Positions 1 through 10,462 of a stretch of 64,000 nt of DNA are shown piece by piece. Position numbers and translations under genes: made by a program. Below the pieces are notes generated by a model. That model saw only the letters and a list, made by a program, of their open reading frames with translations. It was not told the DNA's origin and did no database searches. How positions within the stretch are numbered: the stretch's first letter is position 1; the number at the start of each line of letters is the position of its first letter. Source of the stretch: a virus (lineage: Duplodnaviria > Caudoviricetes); IMG/VR virus record IMGVR_UViG_3300044614_001923. The stretch is one strand, 5' to 3'.

Positions 1-117
1 TTTACAACCAGAGGTGATTTTCTAACAATGGCACTAGCACTACTTCTGTTTGCTAAAACAATACCACCACCTTTATCTGTAGATCCGAATAGTTTTTGAG
101 AAGAGATTGCCATGATA

Positions 118-2883
118 TTATCCTGCTGCTCCTATCCCATAATATTTTTGTTTAATTTGCTCTCTATGATCCATTCCAAATGGACTATTAGTACTTAAGT
201 TTTCAGATTTTGTTCCTGGAGATGGAGTCGGTGCTTTTGGTCTCATATCAAGAACTTCTGGGGGAAGATTCATCATTTTAACACCAGATCCTGTTGGTAG
301 CGGATTTATTCCTCCATACTTTCCACTTTTCCAAGCATTTGAATTGGGATCTAAACGTGCATTTATTGATTCAACTGCATCAACCCCACCCTTGTCAACT
401 GCATCTTTAGTTAAAGCAACAAGTTTTTCTCCAGGTTGAACTCTTATACCTCCCCCACCAGCAAACGGTAAAAATTGTCTATCCGCACCTTCTCCAGGAA
501 TATTATAACCAGTGTTTTCATTTATATCTATAATTCCTCCACCTTGTTTTTTTGAACTTCTACCTCCTCCCATACCACCACCAGCTGGTTTGTATGCAGG
601 TTTTGCCGCAGGTTTAGGTGGATTTGCTTTTCTCTTATCCGCTGCTGCTTTCGCAGCATTATAGTCTTTATAATATTTACCATCAGAAGATGAATAATAT
701 CTTCCAATTGCTGCAGCCCCTGCTTGTTTTGCTCTTGCTTCTGATGCTTTTTGTTGAGCATCTAATCTTCTATTTGCTTCTGGACCACCAAAAGCTCTTT
801 GACTCCATCTTCCCATTTGTCCAAAAAATCCACCTCTCTTATTGTATTCTTCTCCTCTAGCCCTATTCTCTTCAGAAAATCTTCTTGGCATCATATCTGG
901 ACCAACATCACTCCAAGTCAATCTATTCAATCTCTGCTGAGATTCCAAAGAGGTTAATCTAGATTTTCTAGCAGCCGCTGCGTCATTATAATTTCCATAT
1001 GTCTTTTGATCAGATGATGAATAATATTTACCCTTTGATTCTGCGTAATCCATTCTCGCAGAATTTCTAGGTCCGCCAAATAATCCTCCTGGTTTTAAGA
1101 ATCCTCCTCCACTCTTATCTCTGTGATCTTGAGCAACATAGATAACCTTATCTCCTTGTTTCATTCCATAGTATATTTTTCCAGCAAGAGTTATTTGCTT
1201 TTCATAAGATCCTCCAGGTGGAAGTTTTACCTTAACAGCATCTCTTCCTTTATACTTTGCTCCATATCCTGTGCCTATATTAGTTCCGAGTTGTGCTCCT
1301 TTAATATTAATTCCAGTACCAGATGCAAGTGCTTTTTGCACTTGTAATTGAGATTCTATTCTTTTTACTCTCTGCTCTATTGTTCTGTCTATAGTTGCAG
1401 CAGCAGATCTTGGTCCACCAGAATATGTCCTTCTAGATTCTGGAGCACCAGATCTTAAACTAACTCCAGTTTCTGGAGATTGATTCATTCCCCCAACTAC
1501 TCCACCTTCATGAAACGCCTGGAGTATTCCGCCAAATCTAGCAGCTCTTATGTTACCTGCATATTTTGGTTTATTTGCATTTGGTCCTCCATGCTGAGAG
1601 TTTAATGCGAGTAAATTCTTAGCACCCACTGCATCAACAGTCTTCTTATTAATTACAACCTCTCCAGGTTGAGCTGCGATTAATTGAGTATCTGGACCAG
1701 CGCCAGTAATTCTAACCCCACTATTATTTTTTACTCTACCTCCTTTTTTAAAGGAAATATCTTTTGATCCTATGAGACCACCACTTGCATATGATTTTGT
1801 TTCTCCAGTCTCAAGTCGATGAATCTGCTCATCAATTTCAGACCCCATTCCCTGAACATTTTTTTGGAACCAATTGAGATTTTCTTTTTGCTTCTTTAAC
1901 TTCTCAATCTTTTCTTCAGGAGTGCCAGGTGCTTCTTCTGTTTTTCTTTCTTGCTCATCTACTGTTTTGGGGAAGAGCATTGGTATCACTGCCCCTGCAC
2001 TGAATAAAGCAATTGCGGCAGTTAAAGCAGGATTAATCCTTGCTAACATAAACAGTCCTCTTATTAGAGTACCTGTAATAGTTGCGATAAATCCCCCTAA
2101 AGGTGTGGCAAATGCCAAGAATCCAGTCAATATTGCAGGCCACCAATCCTTTAAGAATCTAAAAATACTTCCTACTTTCTTTTGATTCTTTGGATCATTA
2201 AACCAATCCAACAATTTAAAGAAAGTATTTCCAAGAAGAGTCCAAAATATAAACTTAAAGATCTTATCAAAGATACTTTCGAATGGTTTTACAACCGCAC
2301 TCACCATACTCTTAAGAACTTCACCCCCGCGGGATTCCATTCCCTGTTCTTTTTCAGATCTTCTCTCATTTTCAGCACGTCTCTTATCCGCCAGTAAACC
2401 TTTATCCAAAAGTTTACTGAGAGTTTTTACTGACTGAGCAATAGAGTCTACTGACTTGCGTATAGAAGAAACTAATTTTTCAAGAGAATCTTTAGAATCT
2501 TTTTTAGGTTCTTGTTTTTTTGGTTCTTCTTTTTTATCTTCTTCCTTTTCTTTCTTAACAGCAGTTCCTGGAAGCAATTTTGGAGTATTTGGTACTTTCT
2601 TTTCTTTTAATATATTAAGATTAGTTACAGACTTTGCACTAATCTTTTTACTCTTTGCTTTAAATCTTCCAGACTTTCCTTTTACTTTTTTAAATTCGTC
2701 TCTTAATAATTCAATCTCTTCAGTTGGGATCTTTTGTTTACCTATGACACCATATTTTACTAATGCCTCTTTGAGCAGAGTAGCATAGGTGTCATAGTCT
2801 AAGTCAAATACATCCTCAAGACCAAGCAGCCTAAGAATTCTTTCATCTATAGATTCTGTTTTTGAAGTCTTAGAGGCTGGCAT
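118..2883 (-). CDS. Large baseplate-hub/tail-associated virion protein (tape-measure-like segments)
   Basis: Directly downstream of gp26-gp51. Hydrophobic helical segment, two copies of a G..I.G.G.D.Q...QPGE.V...K..VD..G tail-protein motif, and two YYSSSD(Q/G)K.Y..YN.A repeats. Confidence 0.5.
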   Translation of the reverse strand: MPASKTSKTESIDERILRLLGLEDVFDLDYDTYATLLKEALVKYGVIGKQKIPTEEIELLRDEFKKVKGKSGRFKAKSKKISAKSVTNLNILKEKKVPNTPKLLPGTAVKKEKEEDKKEEPKKQEPKKDSKDSLEKLVSSIRKSVDSIAQSVKTLSKLLDKGLLADKRRAENERRSEKEQGMESRGGEVLKSMVSAVVKPFESIFDKIFKFIFWTLLGNTFFKLLDWFNDPKNQKKVGSIFRFLKDWWPAILTGFLAFATPLGGFIATITGTLIRGLFMLARINPALTAAIALFSAGAVIPMLFPKTVDEQERKTEEAPGTPEEKIEKLKKQKENLNWFQKNVQGMGSEIDEQIHRLETGETKSYASGGLIGSKDISFKKGGRVKNNSGVRITGAGPDTQLIAAQPGEVVINKKTVDAVGAKNLLALNSQHGGPNANKPKYAGNIRAARFGGILQAFHEGGVVGGMNQSPETGVSLRSGAPESRRTYSGGPRSAAATIDRTIEQRVKRIESQLQVQKALASGTGINIKGAQLGTNIGTGYGAKYKGRDAVKVKLPPGGSYEKQITLAGKIYYGMKQGDKVIYVAQDHRDKSGGGFLKPGGLFGGPRNSARMDYAESKGKYYSSSDQKTYGNYNDAAAARKSRLTSLESQQRLNRLTWSDVGPDMMPRRFSEENRARGEEYNKRGGFFGQMGRWSQRAFGGPEANRRLDAQQKASEARAKQAGAAAIGRYYSSSDGKYYKDYNAAKAAADKRKANPPKPAAKPAYKPAGGGMGGGRSSKKQGGGIIDINENTGYNIPGEGADRQFLPFAGGGGIRVQPGEKLVALTKDAVDKGGVDAVESINARLDPNSNAWKSGKYGGINPLPTGSGVKMMNLPPEVLDMRPKAPTPSPGTKSENLSTNSPFGMDHREQIKQKYYGIGAAG

Positions 2884-3052
2884 TTGCGGACTGTTGTTTT
2901 CTTTCTTCTTCGTCTATATGCTGCTTGAGTAACTCAACATAAATGTCTCTTTCCCAAGGAATCAAATTTTCAATCTCAGTTAATGAATATTTATGATACT
3001 GCATTAGAGAAAAATTAAGTTTAAAATAATTCTCAAGATCCATATGAGACAT
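2870..3052 (-). CDS. gp51: Baseplate hub assembly catalyst gp51-like
   Basis: LENYFKLNFSLMQYHKYSLTEIENLIPWERDIY signature; follows gp26. Confidence 0.75.
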   Translation of the reverse strand: MSHMDLENYFKLNFSLMQYHKYSLTEIENLIPWERDIYVELLKQHIDEEERKQQSANASL

Positions 3053-3054
3053 TG

Positions 3055-3774
3055 CTATGCGAAAAAACTTGAGAGTCCCTCCAGCGTTACTTCGCTTTCA
3101 ACTTTTGTATTTGGATTCTTTACCTTGACCTTGTGAGATAATTTTGGCATCGTATCAAAGAACTTTTCAACTTCTTTAAATTGACTTGAGTTCATTTGGT
3201 CCATAAAGTCAACTAGTTCTTTCTTAGTTACATCTGAAGAAGTCCAAACTTCATCTTCTGTAAAAACTTTATCAATACAATCCGCCACAAGTTCAAAAGA
3301 TTTTTCCATAGTATCTCCAGCAGATGAATCAAAATTACTCTTGATAAATTGCTCAAGTGATGGATATCTCATTTCCATCGTAATCTTATCATCAATTTTA
3401 ATTTGTTTATTATGTTCTGGATCTTTAACGACCTTAATATCATCAATATTAATTTTAACTGGAACTGAAGTATCCTCATCATCTGGACAGATGATTCCAA
3501 CTTCAATATCCTCACCAACTGATTTTCCTCTAATGTTCAAAAACAAATACTCAATATCAAAAGTGGGTAAAGATTCTACTTTGATATTTTTTGTTTCTAT
3601 GCAACTTTTAATTACAGTTTTAATTGCATTTGTAATTTGTTTTGTATCTTCACTCTCAAGTGCGATTACGAGAAGTTTTTCTTCTCTAACAAGGAATGGT
3701 CGGTATTTAATCGTTTCCCCAGTTGAGGGAAGTTCCAACTCATATGTTGGCGTAGAAATCTTAGGTAAAGGCAT
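3055..3774 (-). CDS. gp26: Baseplate hub subunit gp26-like
   Basis: MPLPKISTPTYELELPS...YRPFLVREEK...DIEYLFLNIRGKSVGE, typical of cyanomyovirus gp26. Confidence 0.85.
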   Translation of the reverse strand: MPLPKISTPTYELELPSTGETIKYRPFLVREEKLLVIALESEDTKQITNAIKTVIKSCIETKNIKVESLPTFDIEYLFLNIRGKSVGEDIEVGIICPDDEDTSVPVKINIDDIKVVKDPEHNKQIKIDDKITMEMRYPSLEQFIKSNFDSSAGDTMEKSFELVADCIDKVFTEDEVWTSSDVTKKELVDFMDQMNSSQFKEVEKFFDTMPKLSHKVKVKNPNTKVESEVTLEGLSSFFA

Positions 3775-3799
3775 AATCTCCTAAACAATTCATATGGAT

Positions 3800-3807
3800 T
3801 ATTTATT
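3800..3807 (-). promoter_or_regulatory. T4-type late promoter (AATAAATA) for gp26
   Basis: NATAAATA core about 25 nt upstream of the gp26 ATG. Confidence 0.6.
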
Positions 3808-3811
3808 AGGG

Positions 3812-4906
3812 TTATGCAATGTTCATTGATCCAGGTGTTTGCTGGAAATCTCCTACAGAACCAGAAAATGGTTTTGTACTTCCTGTAGGTTGTCCCAAAT
3901 TCAGATCATACGCACCAGTATTATCAACGCCAAATTGTGGGTTTTGGAATTCTTCTGCTCTACCATATGCCTGCTGCATTTCATTTCCAGTAATTTTAAA
4001 TTCTGGACTACCTGGATTTTTAGGATCGGGAGATGCTGTATCTTTAGCTGTTGGGTTTACCCTAGCAAAGTATCTAGAAAAACTAAAAGAAACAGTACAC
4101 TTAAGTAATTGAGATTGATCATAAGTCACTGGCATTGAATTAATAGCAATTGGAAATGCCTCTAAAAAGACATATTCAAGAGGAGGAGTAACATCTGGTC
4201 TTCCTGTGTTTTTTTCAAACTTGGTAATAATTAAAGTATCTGTTTTATATTTTACAGGATAGTTCATTCTATAATAATAATTATTATCAGTAAATCCTTT
4301 TGCCTGCTGTTCATTGACAATATATGTTATCCAACCTTCAAAGAATCTAATAACTGTATATCTAGTATCTACATAAAATGTAAAATCAGCTCTATCGTCA
4401 TAAAGTCTTCTATATGCCATCTTCTGTGATACACCATGATAATCATTATTGACATCATGAGTGGCAAGTGTTGATCCAGGCAATGATGCTTCACTGCATG
4501 AAATTTCAATTAGATCAGAATTTATGGAGTTATAAGGAGCTCCTGCATACTGAGGTTCTTTTTGTTTCTGCCAAGAATCGACAGGAGCAGGTGGTTGAAA
4601 TTTACATATAAAGTGAGATGTTGTTGCTGGTTGTAAAATCTGAGTTTTAATATCTGCAATACTTCTTGGTCTAGTTGATGCACCTTTACCTGGACCATTT
4701 CCTGATGGACCAGGATTTGTTGTTGATCCGTCTCCAGTTTGACTTGTAGGCGTTAAATTTAATCCAGAAGAATATGCTTGCTGAGTATTTACACTTGTTG
4801 TGCTTGGAAGTGTTGCTGTTGAATTAATTGGCGCAGCACTCGAAGTAAAATCCGTTCCACCACCAAACGCAAGAGCAGTATTATTTGAAGATGCTTTTAA
4901 AGCCAT
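3812..4906 (-). CDS. Tail-tube-fold baseplate protein (gp54/gp19-like)
   Basis: CSEASLPG...FTFYVD...FFEGW...AFPIAINSMPVTYD..LLKCTVSFSF tube-protein pattern; baseplate cluster context. Confidence 0.55.
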   Translation of the reverse strand: MALKASSNNTALAFGGGTDFTSSAAPINSTATLPSTTSVNTQQAYSSGLNLTPTSQTGDGSTTNPGPSGNGPGKGASTRPRSIADIKTQILQPATTSHFICKFQPPAPVDSWQKQKEPQYAGAPYNSINSDLIEISCSEASLPGSTLATHDVNNDYHGVSQKMAYRRLYDDRADFTFYVDTRYTVIRFFEGWITYIVNEQQAKGFTDNNYYYRMNYPVKYKTDTLIITKFEKNTGRPDVTPPLEYVFLEAFPIAINSMPVTYDQSQLLKCTVSFSFSRYFARVNPTAKDTASPDPKNPGSPEFKITGNEMQQAYGRAEEFQNPQFGVDNTGAYDLNLGQPTGSTKPFSGSVGDFQQTPGSMNIA

Positions 4907-4907
4907 C

Positions 4908-4915
4908 TATAAATA
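4908..4915 (+). promoter_or_regulatory. T4 late promoter TATAAATA for gp4 operon
   Basis: Exact T4 late consensus 37 nt upstream of the gp4 ATG. Confidence 0.7.
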
Positions 4916-4951
4916 TTCCTAGTTTATATAATATGTATAAGAGATTTTGTA

Positions 4952-5404
4952 ATGCCAAAAGATAGTAAGTATCATCAGGGCAAGTTTAGACCACAAAATC
5001 CTGAGAAGTATGTTGGAAATCCAAACAATATAATCTATAGATCTAGTTGGGAATTAAAGTTTTTAAGGTGGTGTGATAGAAATCCCAGTATTTTAAAATA
5101 TGGTTCTGAAGAAATTTCAATTCCTTATTATGATCCAGTAACAAAAAAAGTGAGAAGATATTTTCCAGATGCTTTTGTCGAAATTGTACATAAAGATGGA
5201 AGAAAGTGCAAATATTTAATTGAGATAAAACCAAAAAAACAAACAATGCCTCCCCAGAAAAAGTCACAAAAAAATAAAACATACATTAATGAAATATATA
5301 CCTATGTGACAAATGAAGCAAAGTGGAAAGCTGCACAAGAATTTTGCAAAGATAATTTACTTGAGTTTAAAATAATAACAGAAGATGAATTGGGTATTAT
5401 ATAA
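4952..5404 (+). CDS. gp4: Head completion protein gp4 (TnsA-like nuclease fold)
   Basis: YHQGKFRPQNPEKYVGNPNNIIYRSSWELKF...RRYFPD...IEIKP...NEAKWKAA. Confidence 0.9.
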   Translation: MPKDSKYHQGKFRPQNPEKYVGNPNNIIYRSSWELKFLRWCDRNPSILKYGSEEISIPYYDPVTKKVRRYFPDAFVEIVHKDGRKCKYLIEIKPKKQTMPPQKKSQKNKTYINEIYTYVTNEAKWKAAQEFCKDNLLEFKIITEDELGII

Positions 5405-5754
5405 TGGCACGTAATAGAATAAGTTCAATTAAAAAGAATTTAGATTCATTTAGCACAAAGGATGAATTAAGAAAAGAAATTCTAAATTCATTAAGTGAAA
5501 CTCATGCCTTACCAGAAATTGGAAACTTCTATACTTTTTTACATATTCCAGAAAAGAAAATAATATATGATCAATATCCTCTTGTCGCAACAATTAAATT
5601 GCAAGAATGGGGATTTGAAGGATTAAATTTTCATTCAAAAAATTATAAAAGTTATAAATGGAAGTCTATAAAGAGTAAATATCATTTGATAAGGAATAAT
5701 GAAATTGATGATCTGTTAGAACTAGAATATGGAAAACATCGTCTAAATAGATAA
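5404..5754 (+). CDS. gp2: DNA end protector gp2-like (short form)
   Basis: IGNFYTFLH..K...YDQYPLV...GFEGLNFH motif; translationally coupled to gp4 (TAATG). Confidence 0.55.
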   Translation: MARNRISSIKKNLDSFSTKDELRKEILNSLSETHALPEIGNFYTFLHIPEKKIIYDQYPLVATIKLQEWGFEGLNFHSKNYKSYKWKSIKSKYHLIRNNEIDDLLELEYGKHRLNR

Positions 5755-5780
5755 AGCAATTTCCTGTCTCCAAATAATTC

Positions 5781-7082
5781 ATGGCTGGATTAGTTAACGG
5801 TCAATTTACAACAAAATCAATACCAAAAACAATTGTAGATAAAAGTGCTACTACAGGAACTAGATCTGTTTCGTATTCATATGGAACAGCTGTAAATCAG
5901 ACTGATTTTAACAATAAAGTTTTGACTGGAGCAAATCCTAATCAAACAGCTATTGATGTTTATGCAACAACTGGCACAGGAAGAGCGGCACAAAGTCTTG
6001 GAAAAGTCGGAACAACAACAGTAGCAGCAAACGGATCTACTCAGTTTGCTCCAAGTGGAAATTTTAATAAATTACCAGAAGCAGTAAGAAACGATATTTC
6101 AAGCACTGCAGGACAAACTGCAGCTAAGAATGCTATCAATGGGGCTGCGGCTGATGCAAAACTTCAAAACAATTTAACAAGTAAAGCAGGATCGGCGCCT
6201 GGTTCTGCTGCTCCTGCTGCAGCTGCAGGAGCTGCTGGTGCCGCTCCAGGCGTAGCGCCTGCATCTGCAGCAAATTTGCCAGGAACTGGATTTGGTGCAG
6301 AAACTGCAAGTGGAGGTGGAGGAAGATATCCGCTAAGAATGAAAGATGATCAAGATTATGTAATGTTTAAAAGTGAGAAGGGTGGATCCGTAGTAATAGG
6401 TATTCAACCAACTATTCAAGATTCAAATAGACAAAACTGGGGAGAAAGTCAATTAAATCCTTTTCAACTTGCAGGTCTTAAATCTGCAAGTAGATTAGTT
6501 GGAGCGGAAGATTATGCTAAGCAAGCTGGAGAGGAAGTTACTAAATTAATGGATGCATTTAAAGCAGCAACTGGAGACCCTATGATGAAGCAAGCTGCAC
6601 AAACATTTTTTGCTGCACAGGCAATGAGTATGGATACAAATCAATTACTTGCTCGTAGTGATGTTGGTATGGGAGTTATTATGAACCCCAACTTAGAATT
6701 AGTTTATACTGGACCATCTCTAAGAACATTTTCTTATACGTTCAAGATGACTCCAAGAGAAGCAGATGAATCTAAAGCAATAAGAAATATTATAAACTTC
6801 TTTAAATCAAATATGGCTCCTAGAGCATCTCAAATGTTCTTCAAAAGACCTTATTATTTTGATATTATATACAAGGGAAAAGGTGCAACAAGTCTTAATT
6901 TAATAAAAGAAAGATGTGCTTTACTAGAATGTAGCGTAAATTACACTCCAGATGGATCTTATATGACTTACGAAGAAGATGGGTCAATGACATCTTTTCA
7001 AGTTACTTTGCAATTCTCAGAGACATCTCCATTAACAGATAAAGATTATGAAGGTGTAAATGATGGACAAATTTTCTATTAA
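5781..7082 (+). CDS. gp48: Baseplate tail tube cap gp48-like
   Basis: C-terminal IQPTIQDSNRQNWG...NPNLELVYTGPSLRTFSYTFKMTPR...CALLECSVNYTPDG..LQFSE. Confidence 0.75.
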   Translation: MAGLVNGQFTTKSIPKTIVDKSATTGTRSVSYSYGTAVNQTDFNNKVLTGANPNQTAIDVYATTGTGRAAQSLGKVGTTTVAANGSTQFAPSGNFNKLPEAVRNDISSTAGQTAAKNAINGAAADAKLQNNLTSKAGSAPGSAAPAAAAGAAGAAPGVAPASAANLPGTGFGAETASGGGGRYPLRMKDDQDYVMFKSEKGGSVVIGIQPTIQDSNRQNWGESQLNPFQLAGLKSASRLVGAEDYAKQAGEEVTKLMDAFKAATGDPMMKQAAQTFFAAQAMSMDTNQLLARSDVGMGVIMNPNLELVYTGPSLRTFSYTFKMTPREADESKAIRNIINFFKSNMAPRASQMFFKRPYYFDIIYKGKGATSLNLIKERCALLECSVNYTPDGSYMTYEEDGSMTSFQVTLQFSETSPLTDKDYEGVNDGQIFY

Positions 7083-7106
7083 TACTAAACTAATCAATTA
7101 ACTAAA

Positions 7107-8171
7107 ATGCCAGGATATTTCGACGGAGTTCCAAATTTTGAATATGTAGATCGTAATCCAGAAAGGAAAAATATTTCTGATTATACTCCTGTGAAAAATT
7201 TATTTAAGCGTGGAAAAATAAGAGATGAAATATTTGGTGATGGGAAATATTTTGATCAGTATATTATTGAGGGAGATGAAAGACCAGATAATACAGCATT
7301 CCAGTTATATGGAGATGACACCTTAGATTGGGTTATTTTACTTTCTAATAATATTCAAAATGTATTATCTGAGTGGCCTATGACTCAGCAAGCACTTGAT
7401 GAATATCTCCTGAGTAAGTACGGAGATTATAATACATTATATAATGGTATTCGTCATTATGAAACAAAAGAAATAAAAAATTCAAAAGATGTTGTTGTTC
7501 TTAAATCTGGAATTAGAACTAGCAATCAGTGGAAAACAAATGGTAGTTGGATAGAGACAAGCACATCTAAACTCCTAGACATTTATTCTGGAAACAGAAC
7601 CAATACATCAACTACTGTAACAGTTGAAGCATATGGTACTGGATTTACTAATCTTAAAGTTGGAGATCAAGTAACTATCGCAAATGTATCTCAAGACATT
7701 TATAACGGACCTCATGTAGTAACTGAACTTGTAGAAGTTAATCAAGTAACTGTCAATGATTATCAAGTTAAAGTTTTCTCATACGAATTGCCAACTGCAC
7801 CTGAAGTACCAGAACCAAAACTGTCTTTTGTTTTAGATAATGAAGGAATACCAGTCGGAAGTCAAGTTGAGGAAATAAGAGTTACCTTATCAAATTCTCC
7901 AATACCTGGAAACGCATACTACTTCGAATATTTTGATAAGATTCTAGAAAAATTAGTACAAGTTCCTTCTACAGAATTTTTAGTTCCAGTGACAAACTAC
8001 GAACATGAAATTCGTTTAGAAGAAAGAAAAAGAATTATCTTTGCATTAAAGAGAGAATATCTTCCAGTATTATTTGATGATATTCAAACTCAGATGGAAT
8101 ATAAAGAAGGGGGAGATCAATATATCAATAGTACCTTGAAACGCGGAGATAACATAAGACTATACGAATGA
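7107..8171 (+). CDS. gp53: Baseplate wedge protein gp53-like
   Basis: YFDGVPNFEY...KNLFKR...YIIEGDERPDNTAFQLYGD..LDWVILLSNNI...EWP; LysM-like N-terminus. Confidence 0.8.
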   Translation: MPGYFDGVPNFEYVDRNPERKNISDYTPVKNLFKRGKIRDEIFGDGKYFDQYIIEGDERPDNTAFQLYGDDTLDWVILLSNNIQNVLSEWPMTQQALDEYLLSKYGDYNTLYNGIRHYETKEIKNSKDVVVLKSGIRTSNQWKTNGSWIETSTSKLLDIYSGNRTNTSTTVTVEAYGTGFTNLKVGDQVTIANVSQDIYNGPHVVTELVEVNQVTVNDYQVKVFSYELPTAPEVPEPKLSFVLDNEGIPVGSQVEEIRVTLSNSPIPGNAYYFEYFDKILEKLVQVPSTEFLVPVTNYEHEIRLEERKRIIFALKREYLPVLFDDIQTQMEYKEGGDQYINSTLKRGDNIRLYE

Positions 8172-8172
8172 A

Positions 8173-8194
8173 AAAGGGGGCATATGCCCCCTTT
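8173..8194. terminator. Bidirectional intrinsic terminator between convergent gp53 and gp32
   Basis: AAAGGGGGCAT-ATGCCCCCTTT inverted repeat with A/T tracts. Confidence 0.75.
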
Positions 8195-8202
8195 CTTGTA
8201 GA

Positions 8203-9159
8203 TCACATATCTACAAGTTTACTGAAGTAAGACAGTGCATCTTCTTCATCTTCGTCTACATCATTTTTAGATGTAGGTTCAGGTACAGACTTACTACGTG
8301 CATAAGAGTCTTCAAGTTCCTTCATGACACGGCTTTCAGACGTTTCATTCTGAGAATACGCCTCATAAGATTCCTCTTCTCGTGCAACAGCAGCAACGGC
8401 GGCAGAAGCAGAACTTGATTTTTGCCCCAGAACACCCTTAAGACGTACTTCCAGTTGCTCATAAGTTTTAAATTGAGAGGGAGAAATAATTTCTTCAAGA
8501 GAGTACTCTTTTTTCCAGAGTGCTTCAAGAGCATCATCATCACTAAGAAGAGCACCAGGAGATTCAAACTCAGACTTGTCGTAGTTCCAGTAACCGTCAA
8601 CCTTACGAATCTTCAGTTTAAAGTTAGCACCTTGCCAGAAGTCAAAGGGATTGATGGGAGTTTCATCTTCAAATTCGGGTTGCATCGCTGCCATGATCTT
8701 ATCAAAGATCTTTTTGCCATACTTGAAGAGGAAAACTTTTCCTTCATTTTGAGGATTTACGGGATCTTTTACAACGTAAATGTTTGAGTAAAAACTCAGT
8801 TTACGCTTTTGCTTACGGACAGTCTCCTTATCTTTATCACTACCACTGTTCCACAGTTCGCGGTTGTGCTCAGAGACAGGATCTTTTTGTCCAATGGTGG
8901 TGAGAGAATTCTCAATATACCATCCACCAGTACCTTGGAAAGCATGAGTGTAGAGTTTCACCCAAGGAAGTTCCTCATTTTCAGGTGCAGGTAGAAAACG
9001 GATAACTGCATATCCATTGCCAGTTTTATCAAGTTCGGGTTTCCAGAGACGCTCATCAGCACCTCCACCAGAAGTGTTATTTACCTTTTCCACTTCTTTA
9101 ACAAGTTTAGCAGTCAAACTGCCAAGAGAAGATTGCTTCTTAAGATTTTCGAAAGACAT
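8203..9159 (-). CDS. gp32: Single-stranded DNA-binding protein gp32
   Basis: DERLWKPELDKTGNGYAVIRFLP...WYIENSLTTIG..DPV...GANFKLKIRKVDGYWNYDKSEF; acidic C-terminal tail. Confidence 0.95.
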   Translation of the reverse strand: MSFENLKKQSSLGSLTAKLVKEVEKVNNTSGGGADERLWKPELDKTGNGYAVIRFLPAPENEELPWVKLYTHAFQGTGGWYIENSLTTIGQKDPVSEHNRELWNSGSDKDKETVRKQKRKLSFYSNIYVVKDPVNPQNEGKVFLFKYGKKIFDKIMAAMQPEFEDETPINPFDFWQGANFKLKIRKVDGYWNYDKSEFESPGALLSDDDALEALWKKEYSLEEIISPSQFKTYEQLEVRLKGVLGQKSSSASAAVAAVAREEESYEAYSQNETSESRVMKELEDSYARSKSVPEPTSKNDVDEDEEDALSYFSKLVDM

Positions 9160-9204
9160 TTGTGTACCTCGGATTAATTGGATTTGGCTTTTGTGTACCC
9201 CGTT

Positions 9205-9233
9205 ATTCTAGGAGTCAGACCCAGTTTTGTCAA
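9205..9233 (-). promoter_or_regulatory. sigma70-type early promoter for gp32
   Basis: TTGACA-N17-TAGAAT. Confidence 0.7.
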
Positions 9234-9552
9234 TCTGTTCGCGCATGACCTGGATCAGGGAGGACATATTGTTAAAGATAACATTCATATCCACATTAGG
9301 GGGTAATCCCATCATGGTCGCTGAATGAGATATCTTTTCTTTCATTTCTTTTGCTTTTGGATCATCAGATAAACTTAATCTAGTGTATAAGATTTTTTGC
9401 TTATCTAAAAGTCTTTGCAAAAGATCAACATGATGAATTTTTTCATCACTATTCATTCTAACAAATTCAAATACATTTTTATAAATTGCCTCTTGAAGTT
9501 CAGATATTTCTGTAAGTTCAGCGCGGACAACCTCAGAATCGAAAAAACTCAT
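9208..9552 (-). CDS. Conserved cyanophage protein (DUF1825-like)
   Basis: MSFFDSEVVRAEL.EI.ELQ...QKILYTRLSLSDDP; usual position between gp59 and gp32. Confidence 0.65.
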   Translation of the reverse strand: MSFFDSEVVRAELTEISELQEAIYKNVFEFVRMNSDEKIHHVDLLQRLLDKQKILYTRLSLSDDPKAKEMKEKISHSATMMGLPPNVDMNVIFNNMSSLIQVMREQIDKTGSDS

Positions 9553-10139
9553 AAAAGAGACTCCTTTAAAATTTTTTTATAACGAAATACATCAATATTT
9601 AGAAATGGCGTGTACTTGTTTAATTTCATAGAAACGATCTGCCATATTGGATCCTCAAGTTTTTTGTCAAAATGTTTTTTATATCCAAGAATTTTCTCAA
9701 GTATAAGCAAAGTCTCTAAAGATAAATTACCTTGAAGGTGTTTTTTTAGAATAATAGGATGTCTGTTGTTTTCTATTTTAAAAAATTCATCAAAATTTTG
9801 ACCCGAAAAAATAGATTCAACCTCTTCTTTAAAAAGATAAGAAAGAGATTGAATCTTTTTAGACCATTCTTTATGCTTTTCTTCCCCGTTTCTTATAATT
9901 TCTCCAATCCATAATGATTGAGGATCACTACAAGAAACAAAATTAGAAACAAAAAATGCTTCTATTTCTTTATCAGTTTTTTGTCTGGATAGTTTTTCAT
10001 AGAAAAATCTATCTTTTCTTTTATAAAAGGATTCTAAACTTGCTCTTGTTTTACCACAATACTTGTGATAATCGTAATTATTTTTAGTAAAATGATTTTT
10101 TAAAGATAAGTATAATTTATAACAATCAAATGGTGTCAT
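9549..10139 (-). CDS. gp59: Helicase loader gp59
   Basis: MTPFDCYKLYLSLKNHFTK..YDYHKYCGK..ASLESFYKRKDRFFYEKLSR. Confidence 0.85.
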   Translation of the reverse strand: MTPFDCYKLYLSLKNHFTKNNYDYHKYCGKTRASLESFYKRKDRFFYEKLSRQKTDKEIEAFFVSNFVSCSDPQSLWIGEIIRNGEEKHKEWSKKIQSLSYLFKEEVESIFSGQNFDEFFKIENNRHPIILKKHLQGNLSLETLLILEKILGYKKHFDKKLEDPIWQIVSMKLNKYTPFLNIDVFRYKKILKESLL

Positions 10140-10436
10140 TTAGAATACTAATTTTGCTCTAGATGTTTTCTTCAAAAAATTTAATTCCATTGCTTCATAT
10201 TTAATTTTTTCTTTCAATGGTTTTGGAATTAGTTTAGGAACTGATTCTAAATCAATACTATTCTTTTCACAGAAAAATACAATGGCATCAATGTAATTCA
10301 TATCCTCATTATTGAGGACAAGCTTTTCAATTTCTTGTGCAAATTTAGACGGGCAAAAAAACTTGCTTTCTAATACCTTTTCTAACTCTTGTTGATTGAA
10401 ATTATTCTCCATAAGTTCTAATAGTGTTATTTGCAA
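10140..10436 (-). CDS. gp33: Late transcription coactivator gp33
   Basis: KFAQEIEKLV....MNYIDAIVFFCEKNSIDLESVPKLI.KPLKEKIKYEA.ELNFLK; true start may be the downstream Met (MENN). Confidence 0.8.
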   Translation of the reverse strand: MQITLLELMENNFNQQELEKVLESKFFCPSKFAQEIEKLVLNNEDMNYIDAIVFFCEKNSIDLESVPKLIPKPLKEKIKYEAMELNFLKKTSRAKLVF

Positions 10437-10462
10437 ATTAATTCACCCGTAATTCTTTTACG

